Made by a program: the position numbers and the translations under genes. This document shows, one piece after another, positions 37,154 through 48,098 of a DNA stretch of 64,000 bases. Source of the stretch: Candidatus Doudnabacteria bacterium (GTDB taxonomy: Bacteria > Patescibacteriota > Doudnabacteria > UBA920); contig JARLHZ010000025.1 of NCBI GenBank assembly GCA_031291995.1, forward strand, positions 156,266-220,265. The letters are read 5' to 3'. Position 1 is the stretch's first letter. Each line of letters starts with the position of its first letter. The notes under the pieces were generated by a model. The model was given only the letters and a program-made list of their open reading frames with translations. It searched no databases and was not told the origin of the DNA.

Positions 37154-38536
37154 TTATGGTTTGGGCTTTATGACGTCTATTCCTACAAAAGGCCGCAAGA
37201 CCTCCGGCACTATTACGCTTCCGTCTTTTTGCTGGTAATTTTCCAGTATGGCAATTAAAATCCTCGGACTGGCAATGACCGTGTTATTTAGCGTGTAAAC
37301 GTATTTGGTTTTTCCATCCGCCGTTTTATATTTTAAGTTCAAGCGGCGCGCTTGCCAGTCGGTAAGGTTAGAGTCCGAATGGGTTTCGCCAAATTCATTT
37401 TTGGAGGGCATCCAGGTTTCAACGTCGTACATTTTATATTTGCCCGCTCCCATATCTCCTGTGCATATATTAAGCACGCGATACGGTAGTTTTAAGTCCT
37501 GCAGCACACCTTCCGCGATTTCCCGCATGCCTTCCAGCCACTTATCGCTTTCCACAATGTCGGCCTTGCACAGTACAACCTGCTCGACTTTCATAAATTC
37601 ATGCACTCGATAAACTCCTTTGGCATCTTTGCCATAACTGCCAATTTCACTGCGGTAACAGGAAGACACGCCGCACATTTTTACCGGCAAGTCTTTTTCG
37701 GTTAAAGTCTTGTCGGCATAATAAGCAAGCAATGCGGGCTCGGATGTACCGGCTAAAAACGTTTCCTGCCTGTTGGCTTCTGGATCCACAAAATTCCCGG
37801 CAGGAGTCGGCACCGCAATATGCCTTGATTCTTCCACCTGGTAAATTTCTTCCCGGCCGCTCGGGAAATGGCCGCTGCCAAACAATGCCTCTTCCCGCAC
37901 CAAAGCGGGAGGAACCATTAAAGTAAACCCCTGGCTCTGCATTTTTTTTAAGCAATACCAGATTAGGCCGTATTGTATTAATACCGCCTCGTTTTTTAAA
38001 TAGTAACCCCGAAAACCGGATGTCTTTACCCCGGCCTCGGTGTCTATTAGGTCTAATTTTTTTCCAAGGCTAATGTGGTCCTGGGGAGTAAAATCGAATT
38101 TTGTCGGCACATCCTTGACTTTATTGGCCTCTTTAGTTGGGTCAACCAAACCCATTTGCGCGTTCCAGTAGCGCCAGGGAACATTTGCCGAAGAGTCCGG
38201 ACCAATGGGAGTTTCGGGGCTTGGAATGTTTGGGACTAAAGCCATCAGCCTTTCAAAAGTCTCCACAAAAGAACCAAGTTCGGATTTAAGCGCGTCGCTT
38301 TTCTCGCTGACTTCTTTCATTTCCAACAATTTAGCCTTTTTTTCCGCGTCCTGGAGTTTTGGAATTTCTTTGGAGGCCTGGTTTTTGACGGCCTGCAAAC
38401 TTTCCAGCTGGGTCAATAAATCACGTCTTTTAGCGTCGGCATCCAAGAGCATATCCAAGTTTAAATCGATTCGTTTGTCGGCGATGGCTTTTTTTACTTT
38501 GTCCGCGTTATCGCGGATGAATTTTATGTCGAGCAT
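37154..38536 (-). CDS. serS: Seryl-tRNA synthetase
   Basis: MLDIKFIR, GTSE, YRSEIG..RVHEF, LNNT..PR..AILENYQ. Confidence 0.97.
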   Translation of the reverse strand: MLDIKFIRDNADKVKKAIADKRIDLNLDMLLDADAKRRDLLTQLESLQAVKNQASKEIPKLQDAEKKAKLLEMKEVSEKSDALKSELGSFVETFERLMALVPNIPSPETPIGPDSSANVPWRYWNAQMGLVDPTKEANKVKDVPTKFDFTPQDHISLGKKLDLIDTEAGVKTSGFRGYYLKNEAVLIQYGLIWYCLKKMQSQGFTLMVPPALVREEALFGSGHFPSGREEIYQVEESRHIAVPTPAGNFVDPEANRQETFLAGTSEPALLAYYADKTLTEKDLPVKMCGVSSCYRSEIGSYGKDAKGVYRVHEFMKVEQVVLCKADIVESDKWLEGMREIAEGVLQDLKLPYRVLNICTGDMGAGKYKMYDVETWMPSKNEFGETHSDSNLTDWQARRLNLKYKTADGKTKYVYTLNNTVIASPRILIAILENYQQKDGSVIVPEVLRPFVGIDVIKPKP

Positions 38537-38568
38537 GGGGTTAGTATTTAGTAGTTAGAATATAGCAT

Positions 38569-38994
38569 TTAGGTCAGGGCCATTTGGGACATTTCGTAGA
38601 CTTTGGGAAGTGTGTCCAGGGATTTAATTTCTTCAATAGCAAAAAATTTGATGTCGCCGGTATTATGTTCGGGTTTTGGCGTAGGAATGCCACTGATAAT
38701 TTTACATTCGTAAGAGATAATCAAAATTTGCTGCTTGCTTCCGTCGAAAAATTCCCAAATGTTACTGATAATCTTCGGCAATAATCGGACAACTTTAACT
38801 TCTATCCCCGCTTCCTCCATGGCTTCCCGAATTACCGCCTGCTCCGGCTTTTCACCGAATTCTATCCCCCCGCCAACAAATTCCCACTTGCCATGAGTAT
38901 GCGCGGACTCCGGTTCGTAGCGTTTGGCTAACAAAATTTCTTGTTTGTCGTTGGTAACTATTGCGACCGCAATGGTATGTTGCTCTGGCTCCAT
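38569..38994 (-). CDS. NUDIX hydrolase
   Basis: Nudix box GGGIEFGEKPEQAVIREAMEEAG. Confidence 0.92.
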   Translation of the reverse strand: MEPEQHTIAVAIVTNDKQEILLAKRYEPESAHTHGKWEFVGGGIEFGEKPEQAVIREAMEEAGIEVKVVRLLPKIISNIWEFFDGSKQQILIISYECKIISGIPTPKPEHNTGDIKFFAIEEIKSLDTLPKVYEMSQMALT

Positions 38995-38999
38995 AATTC

Positions 39000-40487
39000 C
39001 TAATTCCTAATTCCTAATTCAGTTTTCTTGTTTTCGTTTTTCATCGGCGGGAAAATTACGGTTTCGCGGATGGAACGGTCAGAAAGTATAGCAAAGAGTC
39101 TTTCCGAGACTCCGAAGCCGGCGGCCGGCGGCATGCCGTATTCCATGGCTTCCACATAGTCCTCGTCGAGCATTTGGGCTTCATCGTCTCCTGCCGTTCG
39201 CAGTTTCATCTGATCTTCAAAACGGGCGCGCTGGTCGAGCGGGTCGTTTAACTCACCAAAACCTTTGCCCAGCTCCGTGCCATAGGCCAAAATTTGCATT
39301 CTTTGGACTAATTTGGGGTTGTTCGGGTCGCGTTTGGCTAACGGTTCAAGCTCAACCGGCTGGTCCACCAAAAAGACCGGTTTGTTTGTTGGAATATGTT
39401 CGCGTACTTTTTTAAAAATTAAATCTATTAACCGGCCGCGGCCGGAAAAGTCTTCATACTTAATATGATTTTTGTCGCAATATTCCTTTAGCTGATTGTC
39501 CGTAGCTACCATTAAGTCGATATTTGTATGTTTTTTGAAAATTTCGACGTAGCTAACTTTTTCCCAGTCGCCGCTCCAATCGACTTTTTGGCCTCGCGAG
39601 CTGATTTCCAGAGTGCCAAAAGTTTCCCTGATGACAAATTGGTACATCTTCTGGCAAAATATCATCAGTTTTTCAAAATCGCCATACGCCCAATAAAATT
39701 CCAGTTGGGTATAATCCTGCAAATGTTCGGTATCTATGCCCTCATTGCGAAAAATACGGCCGATTTCAAAAACTTTTTCATACCCGGCCACCAACATTTT
39801 TTTTAGCGGCAGTTCGAGGCTTATGCGCAAATAAAAATCGCGATCAAGGGCGTTATGATGCGTAATAAAAGGCTTGGCTTCGGCACCGCCGACTGTGGCT
39901 TCCAAAACAGGCATCTCTACTTCCAAAAAACTTTTTTCCAAAAGATAACGGCGGAAGGAATTCCAAAATGTCGCCTTTTTAATGAACAGCTCCTTTGATT
40001 CTGGATTTGTTAAGATATCAAGATATCTTTTGCGCAGACGGATCTCTTCGTCCTGAATGCCGAAATGTTCGGAAGGCAAAGGCCTGAGGCTTTTGGCTAA
40101 CAACCGGAAACTCGCGGCCTGTAAAGTTTTTTCGCCTGTTTTGGTTTTAAAAAGTTTTCCGGTAGCTTCCACAAAGTCTCCGCTGTCAAAATTGGCCAAA
40201 AAAAACTTAAACTGCTCTTGTCCGACTTCGTCCGCTTTCAATAACATCTGAACTTTGGCCGTGCCATCGTCAATATGCGCGAATATAATCTTCCCCATAT
40301 CACGAAAGCTTCTAATCCTGCCGGCCAAGGAAATGCTTTTATCGGCTAGGCTGTCAAAATCATCAAGAGCTTCTTTGTTCGTGTTGGTTCTGCTGCTGGT
40401 GGTCGGATACGGATCAACCCCGGACTGCCTGATATTGTCCAGTTTTTGTTTACGGTTTTTGATTATGTCTTCTAAACGATCAGCCAT
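39000..40487 (-). CDS. lysS: Lysyl-tRNA synthetase (class II)
   Basis: GGAEAKPF, YLRIS, FRNEGID, YGMPPAAG. Confidence 0.97.
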   Translation of the reverse strand: MADRLEDIIKNRKQKLDNIRQSGVDPYPTTSSRTNTNKEALDDFDSLADKSISLAGRIRSFRDMGKIIFAHIDDGTAKVQMLLKADEVGQEQFKFFLANFDSGDFVEATGKLFKTKTGEKTLQAASFRLLAKSLRPLPSEHFGIQDEEIRLRKRYLDILTNPESKELFIKKATFWNSFRRYLLEKSFLEVEMPVLEATVGGAEAKPFITHHNALDRDFYLRISLELPLKKMLVAGYEKVFEIGRIFRNEGIDTEHLQDYTQLEFYWAYGDFEKLMIFCQKMYQFVIRETFGTLEISSRGQKVDWSGDWEKVSYVEIFKKHTNIDLMVATDNQLKEYCDKNHIKYEDFSGRGRLIDLIFKKVREHIPTNKPVFLVDQPVELEPLAKRDPNNPKLVQRMQILAYGTELGKGFGELNDPLDQRARFEDQMKLRTAGDDEAQMLDEDYVEAMEYGMPPAAGFGVSERLFAILSDRSIRETVIFPPMKNENKKTELGIRN

Positions 40488-40628
40488 AGAAAAGATACAA
40501 ATATAAGGAAAATACTGATGATACCGGCAATACTAACCCAAATTATAACAAAATTGCCCGCTTTTGACAAAAACACGGGTATACGTAGTGTATATCCGTG
40601 TTAATCTGTAATTTTTCGGGTCAATCTG

Positions 40629-41093
40629 TTACTCTATTGAGACTATCTCGTAATCCATTTCTCCGGCCGGGGTGGAGACTTTAAATTTATCTCCCGCTTT
40701 GTGGCCAAGCAAAGCCTTGCCTACGGTTGATTCGTTGGAAATTTTACCTTCCTTGGGATTGGCTTCATTGGAGCCGACAATGGTGTATTTTCGGTCCTGG
40801 CTGTTGGCTTTTATAGCTACCGTGGAGCCGATGGTTACCGTGTTATGGTGTCCGCCGTTGGTGGAAATGATTTCGGCGTTTTTGACAATATCTTCAATTT
40901 CCATAACGCGGCCTTCAATAAAGCTTTGTTCTTCGCGGGCCTGTGCGTAGTCGGCGTTTTCCGACAAATCACCGTGGCTGGCCGCTTCGCGGATCCGCTC
41001 AATGACGTCGGGACGCTTCTTGGTAATAAGTTCCTTGAGTTCTTCGTTAAGCTTGGTCAATCCTTCTTGGGTGAGGAGATATTTTTTGGACAT
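40629..41093 (-). CDS. greA: Transcription elongation factor GreA
   Basis: GDLSENADY, IVGSNEA..ISNES. Confidence 0.96.
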   Translation of the reverse strand: MSKKYLLTQEGLTKLNEELKELITKKRPDVIERIREAASHGDLSENADYAQAREEQSFIEGRVMEIEDIVKNAEIISTNGGHHNTVTIGSTVAIKANSQDRKYTIVGSNEANPKEGKISNESTVGKALLGHKAGDKFKVSTPAGEMDYEIVSIE

Positions 41094-41108
41094 TTATTAT
41101 TGGAATAC

Positions 41109-41160
41109 GTAGCGTGCCGATTTATCGGCGATCACGTCCGCCCATAAATGGGCACGCTAC
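41109..41160. repeat. GTAG-tagged REP-like inverted pair
   Basis: GTAGCGTGCCGATTTATCGGC...GCCCATAAATGGGCACGCTAC. Confidence 0.75.
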
Positions 41161-41220
41161 ACATTGATTATTTTATAAATAGGCTGCGTATATGATACTT
41201 GAAATCTATTTTTGTGTCAA

Positions 41221-43651
<2,431 letters not shown>

Positions 43652-43709
43652 AGTTATTTACCTTTCAAAAAGCAGGGACTTTTAAATCTCTGCTTTTTGC
43701 TAATTTGTG

Positions 43710-44033
43710 TCAACTTAGGTGCAAAGCAATCTTCATTTCCGACATATCTGTTTCCAATTTTTCTACCCGTTGTTGCAAGTCGATCCTGCCGTTGAGTTTC
43801 CTAAACTGTACTTCCATTGGTATCGCTACAGTTTTGGAAATAATGCGAGCCAAAGCATCTGTTTGTTCTTCCGCAAACTGTTTAAGTTCTTTGGTTTGGT
43901 TTTGTAAATCAAACTTTGTAACAAAATCTTTTAAGTCATTTTTTGTGGCAAAGTTTTTTAAATCGACTTTCGTTGCGACATTCGCCAGCCTTTTGTCTAA
44001 AACCTGCTCTAAATCCTTTTTTGTCAGTTCCAT
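43710..44033 (-). CDS. Coiled-coil protein with tandem TKxDL repeats (DUF1640/Bdr-like)
   Basis: VATKVDLKNFATKNDLKDFVTKFDL; start MELTK. Confidence 0.7.
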   Translation of the reverse strand: MELTKKDLEQVLDKRLANVATKVDLKNFATKNDLKDFVTKFDLQNQTKELKQFAEEQTDALARIISKTVAIPMEVQFRKLNGRIDLQQRVEKLETDMSEMKIALHLS

Positions 44034-44255
44034 ATGGTTTGTTTTAATAATATTACCAGCCGGCAATCAAACGGTGCCTCAAGGACCTTTACAGCCAAAA
44101 GATGATTTTGGGGGTTAGTTTCTAAGTAAAATGTTCGATTACTAGCTACCTAAATATTAACACATTTGGCATAATAATACCAGTAACATAAAAAAAATAC
44201 CCCTTTTAATTAAGAGGGGTATTGGCAAATAAAGTTATCAACAATTTTTAAATTT

Positions 44256-44395
44256 TGTCATTCCGGCCAAGCAGAATTTAAGCAGTATTTTTCGAGTCGA
44301 GAAATCAATTAAATTTTGTGATTTTCTTCGTTAAGGGATCGCTCCATGCGGCCCGATACTGATGTTCTAATGGCGGGTCTTGGTCGGGATGACAC
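44256..44395. repeat. GTCATCCCG-family element, divergent gene-less copy
   Basis: TGTCATTCCGGCCAAG...CGAGTCGAG...TAAGGGATC...CTTGGTCGGGATGACAC. Confidence 0.8.
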
Positions 44396-44425
44396 CTTTT
44401 TGCTACAAGTAGTCTTAAAAATAAA

Positions 44426-45565
44426 CTATCGTAATTGAGCGTCGTATTGAACTTTGGTCTGCTCATAGAGTTTATTTTGCAGCGGTTCCACTTCTTCGGT
44501 TTTCAGTGTTCTTTCGGGACTGCGATAAACCACCCGATAAGTGTAACTGACTTTGCCCGGGCCGAATTTTTTTTCATTTTCAAATTTGTCCAGGAGTTCC
44601 ACCTGCTCCACGAGATCTCCGCCGATATCGCGGATTAAATCAAAATAGTTGTTTGGTATAAAGGAGTTGTTGACGATAAAAGAAATGTCCCTGGTTATGG
44701 GAGGAAATTTGCTGACTTCAACGAACTTTTGTCCCAAATGAAGCTGCTTTTTAACGCGATCATCATCACTCCATAACAGCCTTATGTCCGGAAGATCCAT
44801 ACTCAGGATAGCGAGACGCTCCAAACCAAAGCCAAAAGCCCAGCCGGTCCATTTTGAACTGTCTATGCCGAATTTTTCCAAAACACTGCCCTTAACCACT
44901 CCGCAACCGTTGCCTTCCACCCATTTGCCGTACATTTCAATTTCCATTTCCAGACTGGGGTCGGTATAGGGAAAGGTGTCAGGGTTGAAGCGGTAATTTA
45001 CTTCCGGTCCGAAGACCGCCTTGGCAATATCGGATAATACTTTTCTCAAATCGGCTTCGCCAATAACCTGCTTTTCTTTTGGCGCCAAGTACCAGCCGTC
45101 AATTTGATGGAAAACATTCATATGGCGCCGGTCGATTTCATCTTTCCGGTATACTTTGCCAAAACTAAAACCACCCACCGGTTCGCATTCGGCCATGCGT
45201 TTTTTTACCGATTCATCGAGCATGTGATAATACCACATGACTGTCGTATGCGTGCGGAGTATATTTTTATCGTCGACGTAGTAAGTGTCCGATTTGCTGC
45301 GCGCCGGGTGGTTTTGGGGAAAATCAAACAGGTCAAAGCTTATGCCAGCCGGAACGATTTCGGGAGTCTGGATAATGTCAAAGTTTTTAAAATCGGGAAT
45401 GGCGAGAATATCGCGGACCATTTCGTTAATCGGGCTACCGGGCGATCTGGCCAAATCCGGCATGGCCAAATAGCGTCTAATGCGCGCCGCTTCGGCATCG
45501 GTCCTTTTTTCCAACTCTTTTTTTAGACGGGTTTCTTCCTCGGTCGAAATAACAATATTTTGCAT
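44426..45565 (-). CDS. pheS: Single-chain phenylalanyl-tRNA synthetase (catalytic domain fused to FDX anticodon-binding domain)
   Basis: HPARSKSDTYY, LRTHT, YRKDEID..FHQ, GWAFGFGLERLA, then SKFPPITRDISF..YRSPERTL. Confidence 0.92.
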   Translation of the reverse strand: MQNIVISTEEETRLKKELEKRTDAEAARIRRYLAMPDLARSPGSPINEMVRDILAIPDFKNFDIIQTPEIVPAGISFDLFDFPQNHPARSKSDTYYVDDKNILRTHTTVMWYYHMLDESVKKRMAECEPVGGFSFGKVYRKDEIDRRHMNVFHQIDGWYLAPKEKQVIGEADLRKVLSDIAKAVFGPEVNYRFNPDTFPYTDPSLEMEIEMYGKWVEGNGCGVVKGSVLEKFGIDSSKWTGWAFGFGLERLAILSMDLPDIRLLWSDDDRVKKQLHLGQKFVEVSKFPPITRDISFIVNNSFIPNNYFDLIRDIGGDLVEQVELLDKFENEKKFGPGKVSYTYRVVYRSPERTLKTEEVEPLQNKLYEQTKVQYDAQLR

Positions 45566-45657
45566 ATAAAAAAGATATTAACGGATATTCGTTGATATTG
45601 AGATATTAATTATCCGCTAATATCTATAAATATCCATTAATATCAACTAATATCTAC

Positions 45658-46128
45658 CTATTGTACCATCCCGGAATTAAATTGGCTACCCGGGGTAATA
45701 TCACTTTTGAGTATCATAATCCCCTGACCCGGCTCGTTTGCCAGGCCCAGTTCAAAGGCCGCGCAAATCATGCCCTGGCTTTCCACGCCGCGGATTTTGG
45801 CTTTGCCAAGGACAAAAGGCTCATGCGTCTCGGAGTGAATATTTTGGGCAATGCTTGCGCCGGGCAAAGCCAGGGCGACCATGGCGCCGGCCTCAAAATT
45901 GTTCGCGCCGCAAACAACCGGTTCGAGCATATTTCCGCCAACATCAAGCTTAACAATCCTTAACCGATCGGCATTGGGGTGCTTTTGAACTTCGACAACC
46001 TTCGCGGCAATAATACCAGGGAATCCGCGGAGATTACTTGCTTCGTTCGGATGAAAAACCGGCGCAACGTTTGACGTTGGCGCCCTGCGGCCGAAAATTT
46101 TTGTCAAAAAGTCGAAATTTATTTTCAT
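45658..46128 (-). CDS. Standalone tRNA-binding OB-fold protein (PheT B2/YtpR-like)
   Basis: KHPNADRL, VVCGANN, KIRGVESQGMIC; start uncertain. Confidence 0.85.
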   Translation of the reverse strand: MKINFDFLTKIFGRRAPTSNVAPVFHPNEASNLRGFPGIIAAKVVEVQKHPNADRLRIVKLDVGGNMLEPVVCGANNFEAGAMVALALPGASIAQNIHSETHEPFVLGKAKIRGVESQGMICAAFELGLANEPGQGIMILKSDITPGSQFNSGMVQ

Positions 46129-46187
46129 AATTTTAATCAAAAAGCGTCCGCGTCGTTCCGCGTTGGTTTCCGCGATTATCCGCGGGG

Positions 46188-47690
46188 TTAATAATTTTGG
46201 CAGCTATCCTGGTCGCAAACGTAACCGGTTGTGCCCGCCGGGGGGTCATCAAGAACGGTTTTGAGGGTAAAAGAACTAAAATTACCGGAAACCTGGTAAG
46301 TGTAATCCATTCCCGTCTTCGGGTCCGTGGGGATTTGGTTTAAATATTTGGGAACTATTGCCGTCTTAAATTTATCGACCGTTGGGAATACGTAAGTCTG
46401 GCTGCCCGCGATATTGTCGTTGGAATAAAGAAGTAGCGATGTGCGCAGGCTTTGCAAATCCGTTTCCCTTTGGCTGTCGTAAATGTCGGCCTGCTCTGTA
46501 TTCACATCTTTTTGCGCCGCTGCCGCGTTTTTAGTTATTAACTGGCTCTGGGTTTCGCTGTAGAATGAAAGATTAAAATCAGTCGAAGTGCCGTTCTGCG
46601 TGGCCATATAACTATAGACAAACGGCGGTTTATTAATCGGGTCAATGGGATCGGTGGCGATTTTCATATACGGTTTAATGTCCGCCACCATTGAGGTAAA
46701 ATTATTGTCCTGGGGATAGAGCTTATTGTCTCCGAAATATTTTACCAGGGCAATTTCAATATTCCTGATGGTGTTGGTTCGTTGGGCGTCGCGCCCCTGT
46801 TTTGCCGCCGCGGATTCATCAATGCCGGAAACTATAGTTGAGCTGGCCGTAGTTGGCGTAGTCGAAGCGGAAGGCGTTTGGTCGCCTATTGCCTGCTGGG
46901 TAAAACCGTAAAGTGTGTTTAAAATATTACCTAATGTGGTTATAGTCGGCTGGTGTAAACCGAATGTCTGCATTTTTTTGCCGATATCGGCAATTTGGGC
47001 CGACGTTAATTTGGTGTTGGTGGTTATATTAAATCCGCCCTTAAAAAAATCGGCGTCGTTGAATTTGGCGATTTTTCCCGTGTGGGCGTTTAGCGGATCC
47101 GTACCAAACACGTGAACTTCGTCCCCATCCGAAAGTCCGTCCTGGTCGGAATCGGGATTGTTGGGGTCGGTATGCAAATTATATTCTTCCAAATTAGTAA
47201 GGCCGTCATGGTCGGCATCCGCGTCATCTCCGCATTGCGTTTTATCCGTACAGCCCGGAAAATAGCGATCGCGCCAGCTTTGGGGCGTGGTAAAATCAGG
47301 CGCTCCCGTAGGCGGAGTCGTACCCGATTTCACCACGGGTTTTTTTGTAGTGTTTGAACCGACAGTAGCGGCCGCGGGGTCTTGGAACGAACTTTGTCCC
47401 AGTTTATTGGCCACTACGTAAACAATCGAACCGCCAATTAAAACAATTATGGCCAATATTATATAGAGCTTATACTTCCCAAGCTTTTTAAGCCGACTTT
47501 CCGCGGGCTGAGTTTTTGTGCCGTCCGGTTCCGGCTTAGTTTCTTCGATTTTAATTTGAGCCTGGACCAATTCCCCCGCCGCTTTTGGCATTACATTAAA
47601 AAATAGCCTGTCATCGGCCGGAGAATTTTGCGCCGAACCGGCCGGCTTTTGTTCCTCGCCGCCAAGATTGGAAATTTTTTGTTTCTCCAT
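46188..47690 (-). CDS. Membrane-anchored protein with Ca-binding DxDxDG repeats and two pilin/GspG-like domains
   Basis: TM at about aa 75-95, DADHDGL/DSDQDGL, RDAQR..IEIAL..Y..YP and DSQRETDL..L..Y..IPTDP; start MEKQK. Confidence 0.75.
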   Translation of the reverse strand: MEKQKISNLGGEEQKPAGSAQNSPADDRLFFNVMPKAAGELVQAQIKIEETKPEPDGTKTQPAESRLKKLGKYKLYIILAIIVLIGGSIVYVVANKLGQSSFQDPAAATVGSNTTKKPVVKSGTTPPTGAPDFTTPQSWRDRYFPGCTDKTQCGDDADADHDGLTNLEEYNLHTDPNNPDSDQDGLSDGDEVHVFGTDPLNAHTGKIAKFNDADFFKGGFNITTNTKLTSAQIADIGKKMQTFGLHQPTITTLGNILNTLYGFTQQAIGDQTPSASTTPTTASSTIVSGIDESAAAKQGRDAQRTNTIRNIEIALVKYFGDNKLYPQDNNFTSMVADIKPYMKIATDPIDPINKPPFVYSYMATQNGTSTDFNLSFYSETQSQLITKNAAAAQKDVNTEQADIYDSQRETDLQSLRTSLLLYSNDNIAGSQTYVFPTVDKFKTAIVPKYLNQIPTDPKTGMDYTYQVSGNFSSFTLKTVLDDPPAGTTGYVCDQDSCQNY

Positions 47691-47692
47691 TT

Positions 47693-48067
47693 CTATATTT
47701 TTAAGTTTAGAAAAACTTCGATAATAACAAACAATAAAATTAACGTCGCCTCGACCCACCAGAACAGGAGCCGGTCTGCCAGCAGCAAAAATGAAATTGA
47801 TACCAGCAGCGATGCCAGGAAACCCTGCCTAAACGAACTGCCCAAATTTTTTACATAATGCCCCGGCGCGAGCCATTGCCTAATGCTTAATCCGGCTAAT
47901 GTGAATATTCCGAGGAAAAACAGAAACAGGCTGACGTAAAAGAAGCCGAAAGTAATCCATGAGGCCTGAGTCGGATCGGTAAAATTAATAATCGCGGCCA
48001 ATGAAAATAGCGCCAAAAATGTGCTGAATCCGATAATCGATAGTTGTTGTTTTGGTCCGGTAGACAT
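47693..48067 (-). CDS. Four-TM hypothetical membrane protein
   Basis: Hydrophobic 124 aa ORF with SFRQG motif. Confidence 0.75.
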   Translation of the reverse strand: MSTGPKQQLSIIGFSTFLALFSLAAIINFTDPTQASWITFGFFYVSLFLFFLGIFTLAGLSIRQWLAPGHYVKNLGSSFRQGFLASLLVSISFLLLADRLLFWWVEATLILLFVIIEVFLNLKI

Positions 48068-48098
48068 AAATATTATATCATAAAAAAGGTCCGCTGTC

